From Camelus ferus (lineage: Eukaryota), in assembly GCF_009834535.1 (NCBI RefSeq), contig NC_045697.1:103728001-103792000 (forward strand): 64,000 nt of DNA, given 5' to 3'. Below the pieces are notes generated by a model. It saw only the letters and a list, made by a program, of their open reading frames with translations, was not told where the DNA came from and did no database searches. The stretch's first letter is position 1. Every line of letters starts with the position of its first letter. Positions 1 through 12,579 of this stretch are shown here, in pieces. Made by a program: the position numbers and the translations under genes.

Positions 1-430
1 GTGTCGTTTTCAGGTTACACATTTTTGACAGAAATGCTGCAGAGGTGAGGCTGGGCTCTTCTCAATGCACCACATCCAGCAGCAACGATGTCCAGTTACC
101 CCATTCCCAGGGATGTTCACTTTGCCCCCTTGGTTTAAAGGGGGTGTCTTCTAGGTTTCTCTTCGCAATTTTCCCCTTGTTAATTAAAATACTTTGAGAA
201 TACTATCACCCTGTTCCTTCGTTAACTTTCATGTGCTAGTTTTAACATCCGTGAATGACTCATGCCTGAATCAATTATTAGCATTACTTCTATGAGAGCT
301 CCCACATGGTGATTTTCTAACGCCATCTTTCCTTCTGTGGTTATTGCCTAGAATTCTCCCCCATTGATTTATTTATTCATTTCTCTACTTATAGCACTAT
401 GGACTCCTAGGGTCCTATTTTACTTAGTAG
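1..430 (-). mobile_element. Ancient L1M fragment
   Basis: Degenerate L1MC-like 3' UTR text (ttttccccttgttaattaaaatactttgaga, ggtgattttctaa). Confidence 0.5.
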
Positions 431-987
431 GGTATAATCTTTTACCATTATTATTTATTTTGATAATTATTTCAGCATCAAAAGACATCAGATCTGACCA
501 GTGGATGGCCCTTCAAGCTGGCTCCTGTGTACTTTCTGATGTGGACTCACCATTTTTTGAACACTAATTATCCTCAATGTAGACAGATCTTCAGACCTCC
601 TATATATAATCGGCATCCTGGCTGTGTCAGCCCTGACTGCCTTCTTAGTCTTACTTACCACCCCAAACCCAGTCCCAGTCGCCTCCTCAGCCCTAGATGC
701 ACGGGCCACCCCAACCCCAGCTGCCTCCAGACAAGGGAAGGAAACCAAAATTATTTTTCAAAGAAAAGATGAAAAAAAGGAAGAGAAGGAGGACAGGAAG
801 GGAAATTCAGCCTCACTCTAGAGTGATTATTTGTGAATAATCTTGGGGGGGCAGTCATTTTTCCCACAGCCCTTGAAGATACTCCATTTTATTTTGTCCT
901 GTTACTGGAGAAGCCAGCTGCCAGACTAGTTATTGTTGTTCTAGAAAGTTGTCTTTTCTCTCTGGCTGCAGGAGGATTTTTCTCCTT

Positions 988-1235
988 GAGCGTTATGTGT
1001 AGTGGTTAAGAGCACAAACTTGGGAGCTAGATTATCTGGGTTCAAATCCCAGTTTGGCCACACAGTAGCTGAATGATCTTAGGAAAATTTAGTAACCTCT
1101 CTGTGCCTTATTCTCCTCTTCAATAAAATAAGTGTGAGTTACTAGCCATTACTGAGTGAGTTAATATGTATATAAAGCACTTAGACGATTACCAGGCACA
1201 GAGGAACCACCGGATAAGCGCTTGCCATCACTATT
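988..1235 (+). mobile_element. MIR SINE
   Basis: gtagtggttaagagcac...ctgggttcaaatccca...aacctctctgtgcct...taaagcactta. Confidence 0.85.
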
Positions 1236-1844
1236 AGCAGTGGTTGTGGTCACAGTGGTCTGTGTTGTACTGAAGTTTTATTCTGACATATAGGTCTGAT
1301 TGTTTTTATACTTATCTACTTGAACTTGGTGAACTTCTTCAATCTGGGGATTCATATCTTATTAATTCTGAAAAATTCTCAGCCATTCCTGCTATTCTCT
1401 TTCTCTAGAATTCCTGTCTGAAACTAGTTTTTACATTAACCTCTAGGCTTGGAGTTTCTGGGCCCATAAAAATAGTATAAATTCATATTCGACAGCCACC
1501 TGTGGAACAGGCTTGGAGCTTCTGTTTTTCACAGGAGACTTCTCTTCTTCCACTCCAACTGCCAGCCTAGGACAACCCTACCACTCACCTTGGCCAATGA
1601 GTAGAGTTTTTTCCTAGTACCTCTTTCAATGATGAGGCACCTTTTAGGTTCTCAAGTTTATTCAGTGGCTTCAGCTCCAGCTAACTGCCTTGAATATACC
1701 CAAACTACATTTCAAGTGGGTGCATATATATCTAGCACTCAAATATGAAGGCATGTAACATTCTTGTACATACAACTTGGGCATTGATGATTTTCTTCGT
1801 AAATTCCTAGAATTGGACCTGACCCACCAAGAGCAGGCTGAACA

Positions 1845-2085
1845 GCAAAGTGGTTATCATTGTGGCATCTGGAGTCAGAAAGCTCAAAGCTTGACTTCAT
1901 CACTTAATAGCTATGTCGCTCGGGGGGGAGGGGGCAGTAGGCAGACACAAACTTTTACTTCTGGTTTCCTCATTTATAGTATAGGAGTAATAATAATTAT
2001 TGTGAGGAAAAAATATAATAGATGTTAAGTGCTTAGCACAGCTCCAAGTCCAGAGCAGCTTTCATAAAAGCTATTATTATTGTTG
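1845..2085 (+). mobile_element. MIR SINE
   Basis: tctggagtcaga...tctggtttcctcatttatag...tgttaagtgcttagcacag. Confidence 0.7.
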
Positions 2086-4208
2086 TGATTATTTTCAGTG
2101 TTTTCAATTTTGATTTACACTATGAAACCACCATCTAGAAAGACTGTATCTACATACACACCTACCAACAGTGTATATTTCTAAGTCTTTCCATTCTTAC
2201 CAATAATAGGTCTTGTCAATCTTGTTCGACTTTGCTAATTTTACAGATGGAAAATATTTTTATTTGTACTAGTCTGATTAGAAGTGTGGTTTGTACATCT
2301 TATCACAGGTTTATTTCTCATCCACAGTTGTTCCTCTGTGGACGGCCAGTTTAAGATCTTTGCTCATTTTCCTACTGGTTTATATATTTGTTTCTTCTTT
2401 ATCCATAAGATCTGTTTACATGTGGGCCAGATACAAAATAACTCTTCTGCCCCTGTTAAGCAGCCCTACTTATTAGGTTTCAAGAGAGTTTCAAGCACAC
2501 CTTTTCATCCTTCTGTTTCCAGACCTCCGATCGTGGTCATGTTCGCCTCACCCATGCCATTCGTGATTTGATAGATTTCTACTTTCCAGGCCAAGGAGTC
2601 CTAATCTTTCACTTTGTTCACATATGTCAATTCCTCTTCCCTCCCTCCTACTCCTCTGATCATTTTATAATGAATTGGTAACCACAATAATGAAATTTAC
2701 TGAGAAAACTAAATTTTGAGATGCTGCTATGACTAATGGAGTCAGAGAAATGATGAAAAGGGCTTTAATGAGGTTTGAGATTGGAATATTATAGATAGAA
2801 AATCAATTTGGAAAATGCTGTCAGCTTTGTCTACAGGGGGAAAATTATTTAAACACACACACACATCTAAAGGATAAAAGTGATACCGAAGGCAATGAAG
2901 CCCCAAGAATTGTTTTATAATAGAAAAAATAATTCTTTTTTTATCTATCTACCACTATTTTGCTATGATTAAAAAATCTAAGTAGATAAATATCCAAATA
3001 CATTAGATATTCAAATTCTGGAAGGATTAGTGAAAAATTAAGCATTTGACCATTATAACTAAATTACCCTTAACTCTACATAATCTCAAAGGTAGAATAA
3101 AGAGTTTTATATAGCTGCTTTGCAGTATCACATAGAAAAACAACGCAAATTTTGGTCATCTCATACAATGTATTTTCTCTTCCTCAAGAGAAAAACTGAA
3201 TTTCATGGACTCAGGACTAGTGAATATTTTACAGAAAAGCATATCTTTTCCATAAAGCCATTTGTGCCGTGTCCTGCACATACTGTAAAGCACCATATAC
3301 ATCAAAGTGAAATTACTGTTTAAACAGATTATCAGGTCATAGAACAATTAGAAGCTACAGTTCTGTTAAAATAACTCTAATGAGACCTGGAAAACTGCTT
3401 CAAGTCTGGGTTATTTAAGCATTCAACAGATTCTCTGTTTTTAATCTTTGAAAATTAGATGAAAGCGATGGCCTTTCCCTCTAGAAAAACCCATATACAA
3501 TTATATAATAAATTTTGATTATAAATTTTCAGAACTTACAAAGACTCCATGCTTCTAGGCTAAGAAACTCTTGCTCTAGAGGAAATTTTGTTTTTCAGAT
3601 TATCACAAGATACAAACTAATCTGTTTCAACCTTAGGCACTCCATCTATTTATTTTGGAGGGTATAAGAATTAAAGTTTCACCATAAATTTCACCTCATC
3701 CATAAGCTCTTCATTAGCGCTTTACAGAGTAAAGCCTTGTCAACCTCTGCAACTCACTACTGACGCACCTTCAAGCTGATCTCCACCTTCAGCTCAGGAC
3801 ACCTTCCAACGAGCACCCTCACTGGCTATGTTGGAGACCTAATGATTGCCAGAGCAGCCTTTGGAGTTTGACATGTAAGAAACCAGCTACCACCAATCTG
3901 CTCAGTGCCTGGTTCCTAGGACCCTTTCTTATGATGCAATTCTGGTCTCTCGTATATAAACCTGATTCACTTTGGTGATGGGGTCCTTTCCCACCCCTCT
4001 TCCTTTACAAACTACCAGGATAACTCAATGTATGCAGAGGTCATATTACCACAAGTGAGGCTGAAAGTATACCTGAAAAAAAGAAGCCAATTTTCCAGCT
4101 CCAAGCCTCTTTCCCAGTACCTAATAGTTTCACTATTAAAGGGGAGGGGGAGTAACTTCTGAGAGTAACAGATACACATTTATTCAAATCTAAGCATCGT
4201 GTATTCCA

Positions 4209-4304
4209 GGGGGAGGGTCTAGCTCAGTGGTAGAGTTCATGCTTAGCATGCACGAGGTCCTGGCTTCAATCCCCAGTACCTCCATTTTTAAAAAAAAAGA
4301 AAAG
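4209..4304 (+). mobile_element. tRNA-Ala-derived SINE (camelid Vic-1-like), short form
   Basis: gggggagggtctagctcagtggtagag...gcttagcatgcacgaggtcctggcttcaatccccagtacctcca followed by T5 and an A tail. Confidence 0.9.
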
Positions 4305-4426
4305 TCACAAAAATAAACACAGCATTCCAAGATCAAATATAATTTATTTAAGCAAACAACTACTGTGCCAGAATCCACAGATCGCCTACCTAACAGCCAT
4401 TCCATCTTCTTATATGCTAACAGGCT

Positions 4427-4960
4427 CCTGTGGTCTTTGAAGCAACAATATGTCTAATCTAGTATATGACTCATGACTAGTCTAAACTAGTCATTTCCAG
4501 CTAATATGAATCTTAAGTGCATCACAGATAGCCAGCCCTTCCCCTTACCCCTCAGGGCAGAAGGGCAGGGCTTAGAGCAGGAGGAATACTGCTTACCCCT
4601 TGGATGTACAACAGATGTTACATTGACCACGTGTGTTACGAAGGGAAGGGGTCGAGAAGCATAGTTCTAAGTCACACTCTGTTCCCTTGGATACCCAACC
4701 TGTCTCCTGCCTTTACAGTAGTAACCCTGTGATTGAGTTCTGACCAATGAAATATTAGAGCAAGTCTGCTGAGAGCCTCTTGGGAATGTTTGTTCTTACT
4801 AATTAGAAGGACAGAGACGAGAAGAAAGCTTCGCAGCAATGCCTTTCCCCTTCCATCCCACCTTGAATGAGAACACAGTGCCTGGAGCTGCAGAGCCATC
4901 TTGCTACCACAAGACCACAAAGCGTGGACGCTGAAGCCTTTTGTCTTAAAAGCCAAAAGA
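4427..4960 (+). mobile_element. Old MaLR LTR (MLT1J/K-like)
   Basis: agttctgaccaatga...aagtctgctg...tgcctggagctgcagagccatcttg. Confidence 0.6.
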
Positions 4961-5035
4961 AAGGTATTTTAAAACTACACATTTGCATAGACTGAGTCAA
5001 AATTTCAGCAGTTTCGTAACTTTGAGTCTCAATGA

Positions 5036-5039
5036 AGGA

Positions 5040-5070
<31 letters not shown>

Positions 5071-5072
5071 CA
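5036..5072 (+). repeat. (GGCA)n microsatellite
   Basis: Directly visible. Confidence 0.95.
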
Positions 5073-6589
5073 TATTTTGTTCATGGCTTCTTCACCTTTA
5101 AAATGAGGATGAAGTGTTTATGTTTTCCTCCTAGACATATATAAAATCTCTCTGGATGCCCAGAAGTTACCTGAGTTCACTGAAAGCAGGTGTTTTGATA
5201 CCAGTGTCAGTCTCCAGGTACCAGTGCAGTACCCTGTAGCCAGGTTAGGCAGGCTTTGAGACCAAAAAGTAAAATGAACCAAATGAGAGTAGAAATAATT
5301 CCAGGAATGGTGACATTTCCCTTGAAATGTAAGTCTGCTTTAAAATTATATACTGAATATTTTAAAATGTCTTTTACCTTAAAAAAAAAATCAAGACTCT
5401 TAATTATAAGGATATAGAAAGAATAGCTTATTTTTTTTAAAATCTTCTTACCCAGCACTGAATAATGCACATGTAGGCACTTAAGAAATATTTCACACTG
5501 AGGCTGATGGTAATGACAATGAGATGGCAACTTTCACATTTATTTGTCTTTAGTTGATTTCATTATAACAGGAATGAGAAAGAAAAATAATTTCCAGTTT
5601 CTCTTGTTTTATAGCATCCCTTAAACCCATGAGTCATCTGTTCCTAGGTTTTTTTTTTCATATAGAGATGTAAGTCATTCACTTGCCGAAATAATACTTA
5701 CAAAATGAAGTTCATTTTGCTTGTCAAGTGCAGATAAAAGGAAGAAGGTGAAGAAACAGTTTAAATGTAAAAGGCATCTTTTGCCTAACTCCTGAGCTAG
5801 TTCACACAATACAATGAATAATTAAGCTGCCTGAAACTTCCTATGTGCAGAACGCTGCATGCAGACCAGCGGCATTTTCACTTCAAATTTGTATAGTCTT
5901 TAGTCAATAGGCTTCATCTGCACTTCTAACACCTGCTTCAGTCGGCTGTGAAGTAGGCTGTTATCTCCATAGCTGCCTTTTATCTTTACTCTGTCCATCT
6001 CACAACCAAAAAAAAATTTTTTAAACTACATTATAGAATATAATTACTTGGCCTGAAAGAGATAGAGAGTGAGTCATGTGATCTTGAAAGGTATTTCCCT
6101 TTATCTTATCAAAAGGTGATTTTAAAACGAGTTATGAATTGATGTCATTGTTCTTTGCTGTATATATCTGCAAACATTAATTTTGTACAGCCAAAAATAA
6201 CAGCAGACACAATTCTCTGCAATGAGTATCTGTGTTAGGAGCAAAGGAAAGTAAAAATTCAAATGCAATGACTGATACCATTTGTAAAGTACACAAATAT
6301 CTCTTCCAAAATTGTTATTATTGTGCTGTTACAAAAGTGATACCCTTCTAGCTTAGTGTGCCTAATGTGACCTGTGTTAAAGTTCTATGTATAACAATGT
6401 AAACAGCCAAATGTTGACCGTCAGTCTACTGTCAATGACTCACATTATCTGTCCCGTATTAAACTTCATATAGATGATTTAAGCAAAATATTTAATCAGA
6501 GAAGGAGGTTCTCTGATAAAGAAATTATCTTAGGTGAGGAGGAAAAATGAGGAGTAGTTGGAAAAAGAACCAGACTAAAATGGAACAGT

Positions 6590-6792
6590 TTCTGCTTTAT
6601 CATCACTCTGCTTAGTTCCTTCATAATTAAAATCATAATGTAATTGTTTCATCAATTGTCTGTTTCCCTATTTGAATGGAAACTCCATCTTGGCGAGGAC
6701 TGTATCTGGCTTATTTATAAATCTTTCATGAATGTCTTGCTTAATCCTAGGCCAACAGTAAATACTAAGTAAAAATTTCTTGAACAAATGAA
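6590..6792 (+). mobile_element. L2 3' end
   Basis: tgtctgtttcccta...aaactccatc...aggactgtatctg...cagtaaatactaagtaaa...ttgaacaaatgaa. Confidence 0.6.
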
Positions 6793-7214
6793 CTAAAATT
6801 TTGCTACTAAACTGAATTGAAAGGGAGCCTGATAGACCAATGGAACTTCTCTATGGGGGAGCAGATATCTCATTAAAGTTTTAATTTAACAGTGCCAGAA
6901 TCAGTACTTTTATTCGGAGTGAAAACAGGAAACAGTGAACAGTTGAGAAAACAAAAGAAAGAAATTAGCCATTTCCAGAGAAGGAATAATTTAATAATTC
7001 AAAGGAGGGTCAAACTTTTGGACTACTTGAAGGAAACAAAGCTAAACTTTATGAATAAATAGATACATGGGGAAATCCCATTTAATGTGGATTAGCATCA
7101 GAAGGAAATAAGGTGGATCAGGATAGAATACGGCAAAATTCAAATTACAGAAAATTTTTTAACTTATTATCTACTATAATTTGAACTATCCTCTAGTTTA
7201 AAGTGGAACTCCTT

Positions 7215-7565
7215 CAGCTGCACAATATAATGGAAAGCTGACTGCATGAGAAATAGTTAGATTCGAGCTGTGTTTCTCCTCATTACTAGCTAGGTAAATT
7301 TGGACAAACCAATTGACTTGACTCTTAATTTCACTATCTATTAAATGACAAAAATAATGACAGCTCATATTTATTACTTGCTAGTGTGCCAGACATTCTA
7401 CTAAACATTTAACAAAGAATGTTTCATTTAATCTGCACAACACTACAGAAGGCTGGCACTTTTGCAATTCCAGGGATCGGAGGCACAGGGAAGAAACACA
7501 AACCCAGGCAGTCGCTCCAGAATTCTTCTCATTCAGAGAAACCTGAGTCTCACAATACTGTGCTT
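7215..7565. mobile_element. Two tail-to-tail MIR fragments
   Basis: ctcttaatttcactatctattaaatg (+) followed by gtgtgccagacattctactaaacattt...tttcatttaatctgcacaac (-). Confidence 0.6.
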
Positions 7566-7689
7566 GCCTCACAGGAGAGGCGTGGTGCTTGCCTGAGAAA
7601 ATACATGTACAAGAGCATTGAAAGTCATAAGCCATCCAGGGAACAGTCTGTGAGAACGCCCTGAGGCTGTAATGAGCTTGGTTCAGTAG

Positions 7690-8757
7690 CTGTCACCCAG
7701 GTTCAAGCCACTGTCATCTCCTGGCTAAACTAGTGCAACCATCTCCTAACTGGTCTCCCTGCTTTTGCCCTTAATCCTACAGTCAGTTCTCACCAGAGCG
7801 GTCATTAAGTGAGATTATGTTACTGCTCTGCCCAGAACTTTCAAATGTCTTCCCATTGCTATGAATTGAATTCTCTTCCTCCAAAATTCGCATGTTGAAG
7901 CTCTACCCCTAATGTGGCTATATTTGGAAATAAGGCCTTTGGGAGGTAATTAAGGTTAAATGAGGTTACAAGGATGGAGCCCGGATCCAAAGGACCTAGC
8001 GCTTTATTAGAAGAGAGACACCAGACCCCACCTCCCTTTCTCTGTCTCTGTCTCTCCCTTAAGCCATCCAGCCCATGGCATTTTGTTATGGCAGCTCAAG
8101 TTGATTAATACAGCATCTCATTTAGACTTAAACTCAAAGAACTTTCAGTGGCCCACAAGGCCCCAACCATGTTATCTGCCCCCTTATTACATGCTATAAT
8201 CTGATCCCTTGTTATTTATCTGAATTTATCTCCACTGCCCACCCTATTCTGGCCCTTCTCCTGTCTGTCTCAGTACTTTTGCACTTTAGGAACATTCTCT
8301 TTATATGGACACTATTTCCCCAAATATTCTCATGGCTTTCTCCCTCATCTGCTTCTAGTCTCTGCTCAAACATTCTAAGTGAGACCATCACCTATCACAT
8401 TTTTAAAAACCTGCAACCCCTCCAGCTTCTTCATCTTTCTCCCTTTCTGGCTTCATTTTTCTCCATTTTCTCCATATGACACTACATATACATATACACA
8501 TATATTTCTACATATACACATACAGATATAGCTAAAATATATAGATTTGCAACTAAACTATATATAAGATAAAGTTAATAAATAATAATTAGATGAAGTA
8601 TATTACATATCATATATGTGTTTAGTTGCAGATCTGTATGTTTTACTTGCTATATTCTCTCACTAGAATGTAAGCCCCATGAGTTTTTGTCTGTTTTATA
8701 CATTTTGGTAGCTACGATTTAGAGCAAGAGCTCAGAAAAGCATCTGTTGAATGAATG
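7690..8757 (+). mobile_element. L2 fragment interrupted by an MLT1 LTR and an AT-rich hairpin
   Basis: caagccactgtcatctc, ctcctaactggtctccctgct, cactagaatgtaagccccatgag, ends tgttgaatgaatga. Confidence 0.75.
7857..8111 (+). mobile_element. MaLR solo LTR (MLT1A/B-like, internally deleted)
   Basis: tgctatgaattgaat...ccaaaattcgcatgttgaag...gaggtaattaaggttaaatgagg...ttttgttatggcagc...taataca. Confidence 0.85.
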
Positions 8758-9590
8758 AGCTGGAGAGACTCAAGTCTGTCCTCATGGAAGACAGATACCA
8801 CCTGCTTTCTTGCAGTCAAAGAAGGTGGCACAGGAGGAAGCTGGAGAGGAAGGCAAAGGACAGATCATGTGGGGTCTTGTAAGCCACATAAGGAATTTTG
8901 GTACTTATCCCAAAAAACACTGAAGGATTTTAAGCAGGAAAATGAAACATCAGTTTACACCATTCAAGATCACTCTCACTGCTATACAGAGACTGGAAAG
9001 GAATGGGTCAAAAAAAGAGATGAAGAAATCCAGAGCAACTCCCATTTCCAGGGTTAATATGTGTTTTGGTGTCTCTTCGTGTTGAGGATGTGAACACCCT
9101 TAAGACTTGCTGATGTAAAAATGAATCATTGTTCACCTGATCACAGTTATATTTGCAAAGCTCCCAATACTCTCTCTCAAAATTTCAATGTTTCTTCCCC
9201 AAATCTTTTCCTTCTGAATAAGCCCTGAAATGAAAACGTACTTAGATAATGACTTAGGAAATTCTAATTACTCAGCCTCCAATACATAATGTAGTCAGTG
9301 CCTTGAGCTTGCACAAAAGGTATCCTGGAACAAAGTGCATAAAGGTTATGACTAGCCTCATTTTCTGAGACTCTTTTCAGCTATAAATTTGGCTGAGAGC
9401 TTGAGTAGTACGGGAAAGAAGATAAGTGAGAGAAACACTGGTGATTTAACCTCCAGTGTTCCCTTAAGGACAAACACTTGTCACCTTGACAGCAAGGTGA
9501 AAGGTTTGCAGCAAGTGTGCTTATAACAGGACCGTCCCCTCACTCCCCTCCCCGGGGACCGGTGATTTCAGAGCAGGCATTATCTGAACA

Positions 9591-9617
9591 GATGATGATG
9601 ATGATGATGACGATGAT
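9591..9617 (+). repeat. (GAT)n microsatellite
   Basis: Directly visible. Confidence 0.95.
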
Positions 9618-10949
9618 CCACGGGAAAGGCTACGGGAGGAAAAGAGGTTGAGACCCACATAAGTCAGAGCCTCAAACTGAAATGTTACTCCAGGGACTGT
9701 CACAACTGATTTACCATTTGCTGCTCTTCTTCCTAAGGTTCCACTTGAGGTTGGAGTAATCAACCCTATAAATTATCCCGGAACATTCAAACAGTGTCCA
9801 ACGTTAACAGTCTAGATCCCGTTGCTAATAATTATAAGCATGTCATAAAGCCTAAGTAGGTCCTAGCCATGTATATCTCCACTTTTTATACAAATCTCTA
9901 AATTTCTGATTCTAATACAGAAGTCTGCTGCAGGCTTAAATCAGGTGCTTAGACGAGCCTGATTTTTACTCTCAGTGAATATACAGAACCCAAAGTAGCA
10001 ATTATGTCTTAACACCCATGCATCAAAAAGAATAATAGGGTCTTTTCTTTGGCCTATGAGCTAAACTGTTCACACTATTTTCAAAGTGAAATAGGAAAAG
10101 ATACTTTGAAAGCTAGGATCATTTTTAAAGATAAAAAAGAATTAAAGGTACTAATTTATGAGCATTTTGTTTTCTAATTTAATTTCAGGAATCAGTAGCA
10201 GTTATTTATATGTTCCTTTGTTGAATGCAACTTTGGCTCTGATGATATTTTACACTTTTACTTTGAAAACTATCTTAAGCTGAAGTCATTATGAAATCAA
10301 AATTGAAGCTACCATCCATCCCATATGAATACTTATTCATTACTTAATCATCACTGACTCTTAGCACTATCAGATGGGCCAAATTACTTTTAAAAAATAA
10401 ACGTTAACCTAATGAACTCAAACAAACACAATTAGCAGAAAAGTAAGGTTACAAAATGTACCCCAAAATGTTGGGGGGGGCAGTGGCAGTAGAGAGGTGA
10501 GGGCTAGGACACAGAAAGGATGACATTAGTTTTGGAGGGAAAGAAAAAAGAGAGGAGAGAATTACTGGCCAACCCCATAAAAATCTATATTGGTTTCAGA
10601 TCCATAAGTCCTTTAATCATGAAGAAAAAATAGATACCAACCATGTCCATCCCTGGACACCTGCCTTTGGATGTCCCCGCACTAACGTGTAACTAAACTG
10701 GTATCAATTCAAACTTAATCATCTCATTCAAAATTATCCTCTTGCTTAAACTGCCTGTTTTTCTTCACGACATCACAGTTACTAATCCTAAGATCTTTGA
10801 GCCCCCTTAGCTGTTTATGTTCCTTGGATTTCCCGGACTTTCTACGATAAAGATATCCCAGACTCTCATGAAAACTTGACCAGTCAAAGTATATAAGGGG
10901 GAAAACAGCAGCATAGTTATGTTCAAAAACCAAGAAACAGCCCTTACCT

Positions 10950-11148
10950 GTTAGATTCATGTTGAAATGAGGTGATGACTGGGGTTTGCGTCAAATGATA
11001 CCCCAGAGAAGGAAAGTGGATGGGAGCAGAGGGAAACAGGGCTGGGCTCAGTGAACAATGGGTGAAGCTGAGAGATGGCTGCACAACGTTTATTAATATT
11101 ATCTGATCTACTTTGTATAAGTTTCAAAGTTTCTAATAAAAAAAAAAG
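10950..11148 (+). mobile_element. Ancient L1ME-like 3' end
   Basis: ctggggtttgcgtcaaa...ggtgaagctgagagatgg...tctactttgtataagtttcaaagtttctaataaaaaa. Confidence 0.6.
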
Positions 11149-11638
11149 TTGTTGTATTTAAGGGACCAGAGGTTTAGGAAGATACTGTATCTATGGATTA
11201 GACAAAAAGTCTAGATACAGGACTAAAGAGAGGGTTTTGGCCACAGGGATGGAGAGGGTCAGGGGTTCTAAAATAAGCTGGATAATCATAAAAGCAGCGA
11301 CTACTTATGAATTCTTGCTAATGCGCCAGACACTCGGCTAAGCATCTCAGAGACCCAGTCTTCCTGAATCTCTTTAACAGTGCTGGAAGGTAGGTACCCC
11401 GGGTCCCAGGCCTGGGAGTGAGACGTCTGTGTCTGGGCCTGCATACAGTAGGCACAAGTTAACATTAGCTAAGTAATTCAGTAAATGACTAAGACAGTTT
11501 TTCCTTCTTTTGTGCTGGTAATTCTTTCTTTGTAAGAAAATTCAAAGGTTCTAGCCAGGGTGTTCTTCACTGTTTGCCTACACTCAGAACAGTCTACACA
11601 TCAATCTTTCACATCACAACTCACCAACAAACACTGCT

Positions 11639-11826
11639 GGACCTACTGTGCAGCACAGGGAACTATATTCAATATCTTGCAATAACCTATAAGGGAAAAG
11701 AATCTGAAAAAAAAGATATATATATATGTATAACTGAATCATTTTGCTGTACACTTGAAACTAACACAACATTGTAAATCAACTAGACTTCAATAAATAA
11801 AAACAAACACACACACACAAAAAAAC
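11639..11826 (+). mobile_element. Young L1 3' end fragment (cetartiodactyl type)
   Basis: cagcacagggaactatattcaatatcttg...aactaacacaacattgtaaatcaact...caataaa; TSD acactgct on both sides. Confidence 0.88.
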
Positions 11827-12462
11827 ACACTGCTACCAGGCCACTTCCCTGAAGATATCACTTCTGGAATATATTACACTCAGAGACTCCTCAGTAACTC
11901 CTCAACTAGTATTAAGTTCAAAGTTAGCCTCTCGTTTAAGGCTCTTCATAATTCTGTCTCACGTGATTTCCATCGTCACCAAGAAGAACTGGCTTAGTCC
12001 AGTAAGCATCTCTCTTTGCACTATCTCTTGCCTGCAACTGCCCATTCATTTACTTATTCATGACATACTGATCATCTGCTTTGTACGGGGCCCTATATTT
12101 GCCATTACAACCACATAGAGAGAGAGACAGAGAGAGCAATGAGCGTAACAGGTGCGGTCCCGCCCTTGCTGGGCTGTAACCACTCTCAGGTTGACCTTCT
12201 CTGCTTGGGTTATTCTCTGTCTTGCTCTCCATTTCTGAACTGATGATATCACACATCTAAGCACGTGATTATATATTTTTTTTGTTTTTCTCCAAGCACT
12301 TTACTTACCCCTGTCTCATTTCCTCAATTACACTGTCTCTTTAACAGAAATTGTATTTTATACTCCTCTTCACCACCCAACTGAATGTAACTCACCTGAA
12401 ATCAAGGATATGTATACAGCATATACAGCTTTAGGTATGAAAAGAGTTTAGAATATTAAGTC

Positions 12463-12579
12463 GAGGCAGGAGGATATAATTCAGTGGTAAAGCGCATGCT
12501 TAGCATGCATGAGGTCCTGAGTTCAATTCCCAGTACCTCCAACAAAAATAAATAAACCTAATTACCCCCGCCCCCCAAA
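12463..12579 (+). mobile_element. tRNA-Ala-derived SINE (Vic-1-like), long form
   Basis: tRNA-Ala head, aaataaataaacctaattacccc tail, TSD aatattaagtc at 12452-12462 and 12580-12590. Confidence 0.9.

Noticed and set aside
9521..9763. 80-aa ORF with poly-Ser
   Set aside because: No ATG start, the poly-Ser is the (GAT)n repeat, and I recognise no homologue; only the exon-like part is kept as a weak finding.
10944..11148. Exon ending at CAG|gtaagg
   Set aside because: The upstream sequence is an ancient L1 3' end with no convincing acceptor.
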